In this document: in pieces, positions 27,309 through 44,042 of the stretch
Position numbering within the stretch: position 1 is the stretch's first letter
Layout: the number at the start of each line of letters is the position of its first letter
Assembly: GCA_951406725.2 (NCBI GenBank)
Contig: OX597824.1
Span: 45,322,001-45,386,000 of the forward strand
Length of the DNA: 64,000 nucleotides
Source of the DNA: Octopus vulgaris
Taxonomy: Eukaryota
Direction of reading: 5' to 3'
Position numbers and translations under genes: made by a program
The notes under the pieces: model-generated
What the model was told of the DNA's origin: nothing
The model's database searches: none
What the model saw: only the letters and a program-made list of their open reading frames with translations

Positions 27309-28414
27309 CCCTTACGTTACCAAACCGCCCAAAGCCGCCCGAAAAAAATTTTGGTTAATGTGACCAACCCGCCCGAATTTACCTATTCATATTTAAATGA
27401 GAATATCAGAGCAAATCTCTTTAGTACATTCATGAAAACACGTGATTATGCTTCGTAAACAGTTCATCGACAGTTTTGTACAACGATCGACGTGTAATTT
27501 TAATTCCCTGAATTTTGGGAGATTTTTTTCCACATTTTATCGGCATCGATTTTTCTTCAACTTTGAAAATGGATAGGAGTTTCATGTTATCAAGCATTGA
27601 TTCCGAATTGGAAAATTTGTGAAACAAATACTGGGTACTGTTGTGGATTTAGTTTTTATACAGGGAAACTAATGTTAGTCAGCATGGCTTAGGGTATGAT
27701 GTGGTCTGGAAGTTATTGTTTGAAGCGATCAATGCGGAAACAAACTTACGCAGAACGTAAACAAACGCAAAATGGGGGTTCAAATTTCAGAAAATTTGTG
27801 AAGCAAATACTGGGTACTGCGTGGATTTAGTTTTTATACAGGGAAAATAATGTTAGTCAGCATGGCCTAGGAAACGATGTGGTCTGGAATTTATCACTTC
27901 CATACCATAACCAGGGCCGTATATTATTTTTTGACCGATTTCTTTAGTTCGGTCAAACTTACGGTGGATTCAAGTATTTCACTTTATTCCACCTTTATGG
28001 TACACCTGTTGTGCATTAAATTCAACTGATGATATAGTGATGTGCACAATTCTTCTTTATCAAAATTTTGTTGCATACCCATTTGAATATTAGCTGATAA
28101 TTCATTTTCTATGGTGATGTTTAAACAAAATTTTAATATTTTTACCTTTTGCTCAATTTAAAATTTTAATATTTTTACCTTTTGCTCAATTTACCTGGAT
28201 TTACCTGTAATTAAAGTCACTTTGAGACAAAAGTTATGCAACAGAATTGATTAAGAACCCTTTCTTTAATTATGTTCCAAATATCACATTAATATGTTGA
28301 TAAGTAAAAAAGTTACAGTTATTTAATGAAACAAGCCTAGATTCATGATTATTTTAGAATTTAATTGAAACTCATGAGGGGTGTATTTTGGTCAGAAATA
28401 TAGTAACGAAAGGG
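27309..28414. mobile_element. Non-autonomous piggyBac-type element
   Basis: TTAA target sites at 27305-08 and 28415-18; TIRs cccttacgttac / gtaacgaaaggg; internal ~100-bp direct repeat (27611 vs 27790) and 33-bp tandem duplication at about 28128-28193; no transposase ORF. Confidence 0.8.
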
Positions 28415-29000
28415 TTAAGGCAGTGAGCTGACAGAATTGTTAGCATGCCAATTCCTGTTCTGAGTTCAATTCTCATTGGGATTATTTGTTCAAGGTTGCC
28501 AGAAAAATGTAATTACAAACTATGATTTATTCTGCTCTTTTACAAATAAAGTCTTGTGTCTAGTTAAAATCTTTATTACAAGTTAGAAATTTAAAAGAAC
28601 AACAGAATCAGTAGAGCAATAAAATGGTGAGAACCTGAAGAACTCGGTGAAGTTCTGTGTCAGCAAATAGTAATACAAATAGTTCAAATAGTGGATACTT
28701 TTTAACATTTTATCTCTATATGGTAAAGGGTAATACCTGAAACATGTAACTTTTCTTCCCCCATAGCACAAAAATATATTCTACAATATTTATGTCTATG
28801 TTCTAAGTTTATAAAGCTGTCAGTGCCAGAAGTCAAGTTCTAGAGTTGGTTGTTTGGTTGATTTTAGTTTAGTTATCCTGCTGTGCTGTTGTGACTGTGA
28901 GAAACCCTTATTACTAGTTATTATAAGAGCTATATTATCATTACAAGGTTTCACACAATATTACTAATATCAATGTACAATGTTTTAATTTTCTCTTTAG

Positions 29001-29059
29001 CTATGCAATTACAGTATGGTACTATGATGCAGAAGAAAAAGCAGCTGCTGACAAACTAA
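29001..29059 (+). CDS. EGLN1: HIF prolyl hydroxylase coding exon completing the 2-oxoglutarate-binding Arg motif
   Basis: ttctctttag|C TAT GCA...CTA A|gtaagt, phase 2/1; (R)YAITVWYYDAEEKAAADKL; the phase matches the preceding exon. Confidence 0.95.
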
Positions 29060-30089
29060 GTAAGTGCTTGCTACAGAATGTCTTTATTATTTTATCAATA
29101 CATATATTCATTTTAGTGCATAGCACAACTAAAATAGGGCCCTTAAATGCATGTTTTTATTCACACTTATCTCAAAAGAGATAAAAATGTAAAATGCTCA
29201 TTTAAGTGGTAATTGATAGTTTCTTTCAGGGGAAATTGGAGGAGGTGAAGTGAGGTGAACTAGAATCTATGAAAAACAGGAATCTGATAAGTATTGACCA
29301 AAGACAAATAAAACTGGAGAGATGTCATACTGCAAAATTCCTCAATTCATGCAAGAATGAAAAATACATGAAATGTATCATCATCATCATCATCATCACT
29401 TAGTGTCTGTTTTCCATGCTGGCATATGTTAGACAGTTTGACTGAAATTGATAAACTGGAGAGCTATAGCAGATTCCCATCTGATTTGGCATGGTTTCTA
29501 CTGCTGTATGCTCTTTCTGAAGCCAATTACTCCAAGAGTGTAATGGGTGCTTTTTATGTGCTACCATCATGAGTACCAGTTACATGACACTAGCATTGGC
29601 CCAAACTATGATTTTATTCGACTTCACAAGTTTTTTCAAGCATAGCATATCACCAAAGGTCTTCGTCACTTATTACCTCTGTGAAGGCCAACATTTGAAG
29701 GGTGCTTTTTACATGCCTGTTATGTGACACCAGCATCAGCCACAATTATGGTTTCACTAGATATGCCATACTCAAGTATGGCATATCTAGAAATGTATGA
29801 GAGCTTCTTATTGAAGAGAATTTGCAGTAGTAATGTTCTTTAACCAATGGAATCATTGAAGCACCACAAAACTTTAACTTTAAGGGAGCACACAAACTGA
29901 TATTGTTTGTTGCCCATTACCTTCATCAGATTTATTGTAACAAGCTAATGAAAAAGGAATTATTGAAAGACTTATTTTTCTGTAATAGATATTTAGTGGA
30001 TTAGCAGCATTGATTTATAAATTCTTAGCTTTGCACATAGTATATATTCTAAACATCTGAATTCTCATGTTAACATCTAAAAACAATGT

Positions 30090-30525
30090 AAGGTGGCAAG
30101 CTGGCAGAATCGTTATCATGTTGGACAAAATACTTTGCAGCATTTCATCCATTTTTACATTCTGAGTTCAAATACTGCCGAGGTCAACATTGCTTTCATC
30201 CTTTCAGGGTCGATAAAATAAGTACCAGTTGAGTACTGGGGTTGATGTAATCAACTTACACCATCCCCTGAAATTGCTGGCCTTGTGCCCAAATTTGAAA
30301 TCAATATCTAAAAACTATGTAATATGATAAGCATGTTGAAAATAACATTGGTTTCAAATTTTGGTACAAGGCCAGCAAGTTCGGGTAAAGATTAAGTCAA
30401 TTACATTGATCCAAGTTAATCTGAAAGGATGAAAAGTTAAGTTGACCTTGGTGGAATTTGAATTCAGAATGTAAAAACGGACGAAATGTCACTAAGAATC
30501 TTGCCTGACATGCTAATGATTCTGA
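30090..30525. mobile_element. Two family-B SINEs in inverted (tail-to-tail) orientation
   Basis: + copy 30090-30305 ends ggccttgtgcccaaatttgaaatcaat; - copy 30348-30525 starts ttggtttcaaattttggtacaaggccagcaa; spacer about 45 bp. Confidence 0.8.
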
Positions 30526-31924
30526 TGTGAGGGGTTAACAGTAACAATTGCTTGTTATCATAGGGGCTGTAATAAAATAGTTAGTTGAGAGACAGACTGG
30601 AATCTTTATTGTATCCCAATTCCCATTCTGAGTTCAATTCTCATTGGGGTTATTTGTTCAAGGTTGCCAGAAAAATGTAATTACAAACTATGATATATTC
30701 TGCTCTTTTACAAATAAAGTCTTGTGTCTAGTTAAAATCTTTATTACAAGTTAGAATAATAAAGACAGCAAGAGTGGATGATGATATTTTTGATTGTTGT
30801 GTTTTATTTATATTTTTCTTTTTCATTTGAGTAATATAGTGTAATAGTGAAATAGTATAGTGCAGTTTAAGTACTTTGAGTGCTACCTAATATTTTCATG
30901 CTTTGAATCAAGGTTAATTTCATGTTTCAGCATATCCATAATAACTATTTGGTTTGTTACTCCTGTAAGATATTCGTCCTTCTGTCTGCTACCACAGGAA
31001 TATAAGATTATTTATCTGTCTTCCATTGTTGTTATTGGTAGTGGTCACCTTAAATTTCATATGAATGATAAACATTCAAAATAAGAACTGCAATTTGATA
31101 TTAATGATTGTTTCTCATTTAATTTCACCCCAACATCGCTTGACTACCGATGATGGTGTGTTTACGTCCCTGTAACTTAGCGGTTTGGCAAAAGAGACCA
31201 ATAGAATATGTACTAGGCTTATAAAGAATAAGTCCTGTGGTCAATTTGCTTGACTAAAGGCAGTGCTCTAGCATGGCCACAGTCAAATGACTGAAACAAG
31301 TAAAAGAATCAAAAAAAGAGAGATATATAATGACATTTTCTGTCAAATTACCGTAAAACATTATTTTTTTCATACTGAGAAAAATTACAAAAAATAGCTC
31401 ACCTTTTAATGAAGCTTATTATAATGTTATAGAATTTTCAAGTCATCCCACTCTGCCGCCTAATTTTTGAGTTATCTCCCTTCTAACATTGCTTAACAGT
31501 TAGTTCCCTTAGTATGGTTGTTACCTCTATTTCTTTCGCACACATACACATAGAGAGGGTTGGCCAAAAGTCACCCGACAGTAAATCAAAATTCCATAAA
31601 TACTATCTGTAATTCGGTATTGACTCAAATGGAAGAATGTGTCGCTCAAGAAGGACTTCAGTTTAAACAGTTTTCGTGATGTTTCATATTTAGATGCTTT
31701 TAATAAATTCATTCAGTTGTTAAGCATTAATAAATCTTCTGGAGAAGGTACCTCAATCTTTTATATATTAACCTAAATGAAGTGGATTGACAAAATTATT
31801 TTTTTGAACCTTTTGAAGACACACAAGATGTCGAAATATCGTTCACTAGATGACAATGGCACTCTTCTTTTAATTTTGACTCTATATCTTCCTTTATATA
31901 TTAAACAAAATGAAGTAGATTGAC

Positions 31925-32210
31925 TGTTGGTGTCAGTGGCACGTGGAAAAACATTCGAGTGAGGTCGTTGCTAGTACTGCTGGACTGGCTCCTGTGCAAG
32001 TGGCACGTAAAAAACACCATTTGAGTGTGACTGTTGCCAGTCACTACACTCTTGGAGTGGTTAGAGTTAGGAAGGGCATCCAGCTGTAGAAACTCTGCCA
32101 GATCAGATTGGAGTCTGGTGCAGCCATCTGGCTTGCCAGTCCTCAGTCAAATCATCCAACTCATGCTAGCATGGAAAGCGGACGTTAAACAACGACGATG
32201 ATGATGATGA
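31925..32210 (+). mobile_element. RTE-derived 3' UTR fragment
   Basis: gtggcacgtaaaaaacacc repeats, gttaggaagggcatccagctgtagaaac, tail (GAT)n. Confidence 0.7.
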
Positions 32211-32574
32211 TAAGAATTAAGCAGAAAATGGAGAAAATTGATTACCATTGATTATTATTTTTTTTTAATACAAAACTTTATCATTTCTAACAGCCATTTT
32301 TGCTTCCAATGTCCATCAGTGCTGCCAAAGAAAATTCTGAGAATAATATTCGTCATATTCTATAGTAGTAAAAACGGATATTCTTATCCCTTAAACGGTT
32401 ATTCCAACCACTAACTCTACCGTAGCATCATAATTTTGAAATATCTATAAAACCATCAAAAGTTTGTTTACTTTTATGTTTTTGGATTTGTTATAAGTGT
32501 TGCTTAATATGTTTTGCTAAAATTGCTGTTTCTTTTCAGATACCCTCAGAAAAAAGTAATTAAAATTCATTAAA

Positions 32575-33632
32575 ATAACAGATCTATCAGGCTTTCAAAG
32601 AGGTCAAATTGTTGGTGCTCATATAGGAAGTTCTAATGTAACGAAAACTGTTGAAATGTTTGGTGTCAAGAAGTACTGTTTTGAAAGTAATGACAGCTTT
32701 TGAGAAAGAGGGAAAAACCTCCTCGTCGAAACAAAGCTCCGGGAGAAAACCAAAATTTTCAGATGGGCCGTTGGACTCTTATGTGAATTGTTAGAAAGGA
32801 TCACAAAAGTGCAGCTCCCAAAATTACTGCAGAGCTTAATGACCACCTCAAGAAACCACTTTCCACAAAAACTGTTTGCCAGGAGCTGCACAAAGCTAGA
32901 TTTCACATAAGGGCTGCAATCCAAAAACCACTACTTTCAAAAACAAACGTTGCAAAGCATTTAGAGTGGAGTAAAAGCCTACAGAATCGGTCCCTTGAGC
33001 AGTGGAAGAATGTTATTTTCTTGGACAAATCATCCTTTACCTTATTTCCAACCACTGGCCGAGTATACGTATGGAGACAGCCAAAAGAATCATTTGACTA
33101 AGACAGCCTTCTTCCAACTGTTAAACATAGAGAAGGATCTGTGATGATCGGAGTGGGGGGCTATGTCTTGGAAATTAATAGGCAGAATTAATAGTCAAGA
33201 CTATTTAAACATTTTTTCTGATCAAATTCATCCTATGGTTGCGAACTGTTTCTGGAGGGAAACGCAATCTTTCAGGATGATAATGCACCAATGCACATGG
33301 CTAAAGTTGTTACTGAATGGCATGAGGAACATTCTAGTGAAGTTGAATATCTTATCTGGCCACCACAGTCCCCAGATTTCAATATTATTGAACATTTATG
33401 GTGCATTTTAGAAAAACAAGGTGTCGATAACCTCCACCATTGTCACTACAAGAACTGGAGACTGTTTTAGCTGAAGAATGGACAAAAATTCCTTTGGAAA
33501 CAATTCAAAGTTTGCACAACTCCACAACTCATAGAATTCAAGCTGTAATTACTGCCAAAGGCGGTTCTACCCCATATTAAAATAAATTTGTTTGAAATTT
33601 TAAGGTGTTTCGATTATTTTGTCCAGCCCCTG
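32575..33632 (+). mobile_element. Tc1-type transposase pseudogene with right TIR
   Basis: DLSGFQRGQIVGA...SGRKPK...WKNVIFLDKSSF...FQDDNAPMH...WPPQSPDFNIIEHLW; ends attattttgtccagcccctg; left TIR not recognised. Confidence 0.85.
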
Positions 33633-33801
33633 TGTGTATGTGGATATATATATATGTATATATATAATATGTATGTGTATATATATATATATATATCTAA
33701 TGTAGGATATATATATCTAATGTAGGAAAAAATTTTTCGAAAAAAATTCTATCAATGGGGAGCATATTAAAAAATACCTTTAAAAGTTAAATTTATAAAC
33801 A

Positions 33802-36692
<2,891 letters not shown>

Positions 36693-36841
36693 AATATAAG
36701 AGAGTGGTCACTATATGGCTCACTCTAGCACCAGTTAATCCAAAAGGTTTCAACCACAAAAATACATGTTTCCCATGAAAGTCAGTACGATTGTTAGCTC
36801 ACACGGACAGGGCAAATAAAAAATAACAAAAATACAGATTA

Positions 36842-36923
36842 TTTTGGGACAATTGTTTCGCTATTAATGAATTAAATGTAATTTTACTTACAAAAAAATC
36901 CACTTGTAGCTCGTCAGCCAAAA
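36842..36923 (-). ncRNA. Intact type I hammerhead ribozyme (antisense copy)
   Basis: Exact reverse complement of 37217-37298. Confidence 0.85.
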
Positions 36924-37216
36924 CTATCTGGATCGAAATCCACTCAATCACACGCCAGATTTTACCTCGGAGCACTAGGCCACTTGGTGTTGAATAGATA
37001 TACTATTAAATTAGTATCTAATTCTCTCACCCTTATTAATTAATTATAATTATGCTGCATTTATTTCTAAATGCAGTATTTGTTTTCCGTGAAAGTTTGG
37101 CGCGCTGTTAGTTGGGGCATTTGAATTATAACGTCGGATGTAATCAATTGAACCACACGCGTATTTATCGTTATGGTAAAATCTGGCGTGTGATTGAGTG
37201 GATTTCATCCAGATAG

Positions 37217-37298
37217 TTTTGGCTGACGAGCTACAAGTGGATTTTTTTGTAAGTAAAATTACATTTAATTCATTAATAGCGAAACAATTGTCCCAAAA
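37217..37298 (+). ncRNA. Intact type I hammerhead ribozyme
   Basis: ttttgg-CTGACGA(37223-29)-gcta..43 nt..tagc-GAAA(37281-84)-caattg-TC-ccaaaa; all core nucleotides present, G10.1-C11.1 pair, GUC triplet, predicted cut after 37292, palindromic stem III. Confidence 0.88.
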
Positions 37299-37574
37299 TA
37301 ATCTGTATTTTTGTTATTTTTTATTTGCCCTGTCCGTGTGAGCTAACAATCGTACTGACTTTCATGGGAAACATGTATTTTTGTGGTTGAAACCTTTTGG
37401 ATTAACTGGTGCTAGAGTGAGCCATATAGTGACCACTCTCTTATATTTATTTTGTAAAAATATTATAATATATTATAAAATATTATAATAATCCAGGTTT
37501 CTCGGAGCACTAGGCCACTTGGTGTTGAATAGATATACTATTAAATTAGTATCTAATTCTCTCACCCTTATTAA

Positions 37575-38103
<529 letters not shown>

Positions 38104-39644
38104 ATAAGTACTAGGCTTACAAAGAATAAGTCCTGAGGTCGATTTCTTTGACTAAAGGCGGTGCTCCAGCATGGCGTCAGTCAAATGACTGAAACAAATG
38201 AAAGAATAAAAGAACATAATCATCATCATCACACATTCCTCTTCCATGTGTTTGATGGTTTGATAGGGTATAACAAGTTGGTAACTGTCGTGTTCCTATG
38301 TCTACTTTGGCATAATTTGCATGGTTAGATGCCCTTCATTGCACCAATGACTTTAGAGTATAGTGGGTGCTTTCCTCATAGCACCACTAGTAGTGATGAT
38401 TACTTTGTAACTTTCAAAGTATAATTGTGGGAGAATAGAAGAGGGAGTAGGCAATACAGTATATATAATGTATGTATGTATTGCATGAGCATAACAATTT
38501 AAAGTATTTGAAATAATGTGAGGTTTTTCAGATTCAGTCTTTTCTTAATGGCATTAGGAACATAGGTAAAGCAGTTTAAGCTAGTAATCAAACATGTATT
38601 AAGCACAAGATCATTAAGAAGAATACAGACATTGGACTTATGTACTAGAAGCGTTTGAGCATAGCAATGCCATATAAGATATATTTAACAACAAATGCTG
38701 TAATCTGTATTGGAAATTAAATGGAATTTAAATTGGACTTTGTCAGTTCAGATCTTATGTTTATTAAAGAGGTTTGAGATTTTAAATTTGATATTGTTTA
38801 ATATTACCATGTTTTTCACATCAGTGAGTGATCTATTTGACACTACAAGAAATATTTTCATCATATTGGTATTTTATATGGCCTATCAAAGTAAAGATAA
38901 TTCTCAACTTTTTAAAAAGCATTTTGTTGATCATTTGGTTGTGTCTTCTGCTTTCTTGACTTCATTAATTGTCACCCATCTCATATTTTGTTCAAATGAA
39001 TTATTTCTAAAGTCAATGGATCTAGTGATACTATATTCCATTTCTTACCATTTTACTACCTTTTTAAAAATCTTTTCCCTAACATAAAACTTGCATCTCA
39101 TCTAGGTTAACTCTCTACCTAATCAGTTGAATTATGAGCCTTTTTGTAACTTTCATGACTTGGTCCAGTAATTTGATACTTCTATAGTTATTTGTCTAAA
39201 GCATATCTCTTACCTTTTTAGCAGTTGACTATAATGCTGCTACACTAATCGTTGTGTATGATACCTTCCTGGACAATTTGGTCAACTATACGGGGGACTA
39301 GGTCTTATCCTACTCCACCAGATATTTTAAGCATCTCAGTAGTAATTCCTGATGGATCAGGGGCTTTCCCTGTCTTCATATCCTTAATCACAAGATTTTT
39401 AAGGCCAGCTATTTCTTCATTTGAAATTGCTTAAATATGTATTCAATGATAGGTGGAATGAAATTATTTCCAGATAGAAATGAAAATGAAAGGTATAGTA
39501 TAAAAAACTTCTGTGAATTGATTTGTAGGAAAAAAACTCTGGTAGAAAATATTGAACAAAAAGTAAATTAAGAAAAAAAAATGACAAAAACATTTAATTA
39601 ATTTTTCTGCTTTTTATCTTTCTTTTTCTTCTTTCTTTTGATAG

Positions 39645-39673
39645 ATGCAACTTCAAAAAAGCAAGATGAATGA
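39645..39673 (+). CDS. EGLN1: Probable terminal coding exon of the HIF prolyl hydroxylase
   Basis: Long polypyrimidine tract then gatag|; phase 1 fits the preceding exon, giving (N)ATSKKQDE then TGA (39671-73); followed by repeat-poor AT-rich sequence typical of a 3' UTR. No protein homology support. Confidence 0.65.
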
Positions 39674-41192
39674 GGATTAGTTGATGATAAATTGTTTAAC
39701 ACCTTACTTTCTGGCTGAGAGAACCAGATAAAAGTTGCTGAAATAATGAAAAAAAGTTTGGTTAAATGCTTTATTCCATACTTCCCCTATAATTAAACTG
39801 AAGTCTATGAAACACATTCAACAACAATAACAGTAGCACAAATGTTTTCCTTTTCTTTTCTTTTGTTTGTTTTAAAATGTGACAAGCTTTTAGCAGAAGT
39901 TGATGAAAAGTATTAGAAGAAAATTCTGCAATCTTTAAGTCAATAACTTTTATGTTGTTAACATTTTAAAAAAAATTACAATATTTTAATTTTGATTTCT
40001 ATCTCTCTCCCATCCATATTTTTTTATAAATAACTCCTGATTTCATAGAAGTAAATTCAGTATAATGTATTGTACTATCACTTGATGATGTATGTTCAAA
40101 CCTTCAGTAAGTCCTGTACAGGAGATTTTTATTCTGTGTTTATCATTCTAGTTTGCAGCCAGAAGCATCAGATCATATGGGGGGATATTATCTTTGGTTC
40201 ACTGGCAATGTATCTTTTGAAAGGTTCATCTCTCATCTGCTTAACACCCCTTGTAGCCTACAAAATCTTAAATTACTACTTGATTTGAATCTAAATTATA
40301 ATTTCATCAAGAGTATTTTGAAGTATTTTCCTGCAAGTTTGTTTTAACTTCCTCTTGTTTTTAGAATATATTACTTGGAGACTATTTACCGTACAATCAT
40401 TAATTCTGAAGCTTTTGTTGTCTGAAGTCTTGTTTAATATCCCAAAATAGTTATCTGTGAGATATTTATAAATCATTATAAATTAAGCTTCTTGTTTTGA
40501 TTTGTTATGATAATTATATTTTTTTTAATAATGCTAGCATTCTGAATTTTGCCAACCCACCCATCAAACATCCATATGAAAGGAATGTTTGAAAAAAAAA
40601 ATGAACTTCTCAAGAATTGATTTTTACAAACTGATGAAAGACTCTTCAGTTTGATAGTTTTACTGCTTCTTAAATGGATTACTGAATTCAATTGTTGATA
40701 GTTGAATATCTTGGTCATTGATAAAATGCACTGGTTGTTGATCCTAAGCTAGTTTTCCCAGACTCTCAACTCTTTCATAAAAGTTATTAATATCTCTGCT
40801 TTCTTCCAAAAGAATTGTCATATGTGTCATAAATGAAAGTTTCTACCAGAAATTTAAAACTAGGTTTCAAATTCAGTTTTCAATAACTCACAGTTATTCC
40901 ATATTACCAACTTTGTTCATTTTTTTTACATGCTATCATTGCTTGGATGGGGGACTTATTTGAAGCAGGGTTTTATGACTAGATACTCCTGTCACCAAAC
41001 TCTCATCTGTTTTTTAAGTAAGAGATTTTTTATTTGACAGGTCTTTGAAAGAACAGAGAGACTGGTTGTAATATCAACAAGAAATGTAAACTTTACCACC
41101 ATTTCACTCAAGTGGTGATGACAAATAGTGGAATATCAACATTCACACATACATACACATATATATAATTTGTGTGCGCATATATATATATC

Positions 41193-41487
41193 AATCAATG
41201 AAATTCCAACTTAGTATGATTTTCATGTTTTATTATTTGCAATTTTTACAGTTTTATAATTTTACATTAAACTAGTACTTTTATGTGCTATGCAATCATC
41301 AGGCTTATATAGTAACAGTTGGGTTCCACAATTAACAATAGTTGTCAGTTGTGGAAGACGACTGTCACTACATAAACCTGATGATTGCATAATGCATGAA
41401 AGTACTAGTTCATTTCAATATTGTAAAAGTGGGAAAATTGCAAATAATTAAACTTGAAAATCAGACTAAGTCGGAATTTCATTGATT
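41193..41487. ncRNA. About 295-bp fold-back made of two inverted minimal hammerhead copies
   Basis: + arm: ataaac-CTGATGA(41378-84)-ttgcataatgcat-GAAA-gtac-TA-gttcat; - arm (41268-41308) keeps CTGATGA but has AAAA for GAAA. Confidence 0.7.
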
Positions 41488-41574
41488 AATACAGTCTTCT
41501 ATACACAATCATACAAACACAAATATATATATATATATATATATGATTAATTTAAATGAGGAAAAGAGAAGTCA

Positions 41575-41580
41575 AATAAA
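41575..41580 (+). promoter_or_regulatory. Candidate polyadenylation signal (first canonical AATAAA seen after the predicted stop)
   Basis: AATAAA read by eye; ATTAAA variants occur earlier (e.g. 39792) and more AATAAA later (about 42406, 43659, 43898). Confidence 0.3.
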
Positions 41581-44042
41581 TGTTACAATTATTTCCATAA
41601 ATGAACATTGTTTATTCTATACCACATATAAAGTTATGTAATACATGCAATATATTTCACTTTCTCAAACATCCTGAGTTGAAGCACAATCAACTCATGA
41701 AATATGTGATGCAAGATAAACTTATGTCACTTCATGGTCATGTTCACACTTCCTACATGAAGTGCTGATGAAGTGATCACCTGGATTTTACTTATCTCCC
41801 CAAGTATATTACACACACACACACAATTGGTTTTCTGTAGTTTTCATTTGCCAATTTCCCTCACAAGGCTCTATTAAAAGTCACTTACCTAAGATGTCAA
41901 GTAGTGGGCTTTCAAAGTAAACTCCTTAACCACAAATTTGTATGAAGGGAAATTTGATAAAGATATTTGGCTATAAATAAATGTTATCCAATACAAAGCA
42001 AAAAAGTGAGTGGTTTAAAGGTGAGTCTGTAAAAATCAATTCTTGAACAAAATTTTTAATTTTTGTATGTATTATTCCTTGATTACAGTAACAAACATAT
42101 ACATGCATAAAGATGGGCTGTTTTTCTAATACATTAGATGTGTGATTAGAGAATCTGTTCCATTCATCCTTTCTTTGAGTGTTATCAGAGACAAGTGGTC
42201 TGCTTTGACAGTGAGAAGATAAATATTTAGTACACAAAGAAAAAGTATAAAATAGTACAAAGGTCTGTAAACAACAACAAAAAAAGTCATACACTTCTAG
42301 TCATGTTCAAAGATCCTTTCTTTCTATCTTTCTATAATTCTCAGTTTTTCTTTCAACCCTTAGTCAAAGGGTGGATGGTCATTAAGATATTGGAAGAAAT
42401 GGTAGAATAAAATCTCAATGTACTGATCCTCATAGATGAACTGCCAAAAGACCAAGACTGATAGCAATATACTGTGGTAGACTAAGCCAACCTATACCTG
42501 TATGGAAAAAAAATCCAACATTGAAATATTTATGATACTAACAACATATTTATTTGTCTGTGTATAATACATAGAGAGTGAGAGATGGTATTGTAAGGTG
42601 AAGCACAACTGGTATAAAGTTCTAGTTGTTGGCTGCCAACAACCATCTCTCATGAGTTCAAACTTTACTCTTACATCTATTGAGTTGTGTTCCTAAGTAA
42701 GAAATATAAGTCTATTTATTCCATTTGCTCCAAATCTTTAAATCTAATCCAATGGTCTAGAAATAGTGAGAAGATCTGGTTGTAAAAACCATTGTACAAA
42801 GAAAGATCCAAATCAAGTGCTACCTAACATCTACTAGTATATCAAAAGTGAATTCAAAATGGTAACAAAATCTTTGGATTTTCCTGTGTAGGTTGTGATG
42901 CATGACAAGATCTATGTAGGTGAAGGGTAGGGGTGTGGATTTTTTTTCCATCAGATATTTCATTTCTTTTGAATCTGAATTTTGGATTTGGTTGGCTAAA
43001 TTTTATATTTCTTTATGTTGAACTTCTTTTTTGTTCAGTTTTGTATATTTTTATATTAGACTTTTCTACTTTAACTATTTTTTTTAAAGGCATTTTTGTC
43101 TTTATTTCACATTGAATAATTTTAGTGATCTTTTTGTTAAGGGTCTAACACTTTTGCAAAATGGTTTGAAACTGAGATTTTATATTGAATCTTGTACTTT
43201 AACTCAGTGTAGCCTTGCATAGATAAGGTTTTGGACATACTGAATTATATATTACATCCTTGTATAAAGTTTTTAAGTTCATATGATTAAAATTAATTTT
43301 TCCCACCTAGATATTACATCTAAAACTACTTCTCCTACCTTTTTCTTTTTAATTGAAAAAAAAAACTACTTCTCTCCTCATTGAAACTTTTAAGGAGTTA
43401 TTTACACTTACTCCAAGTAGTGGATGGTTACCTTGGGAACTAAAGCCCCATCCCTATTACCACTACCTTCTTTGACATAACTTTATAGACTTGGTTAAAT
43501 CAGTATTTTTAATCCCTGAAACTAATTGTGATAATTTGGAGATAATCGAAAGTTTTGGTGTTATACATTTATGTATGTGTGTAAATATATGCACAGTGGT
43601 TAAATTCTTAACCATTAACCTTTATTAACCAATTAGAGGTTGGTTACTTTGAGTTAGCAATAAAAAAATGTTGGTAACTATTTGAGAGCTTATGATTACT
43701 TCCGTCATTATTTTATGCTCATGAATCATTGCAAATGAATGTATATATCCCAGTACTTGTATTACACTTTTTCAAGCATTACCACTGAAGGTGACCGTTG
43801 GTGAAATTGAAAGTTCAAGTTTTTTTCAAGCATAAGAATTTCTTTTAAGTTTGCCCTCATAAAAAGTGTGAAATTATTTGAAATTTAATGATAATAATAA
43901 TAAACAGTTCTTAAAATAATTTTAGTTGTGAAATGAACTATACATGAATTAAAAGTTATTACTATGTGCATATATGTATATATATACAAGTATACATATA
44001 TGTATATACATATACACACATACACATATGTATGTCTATATA

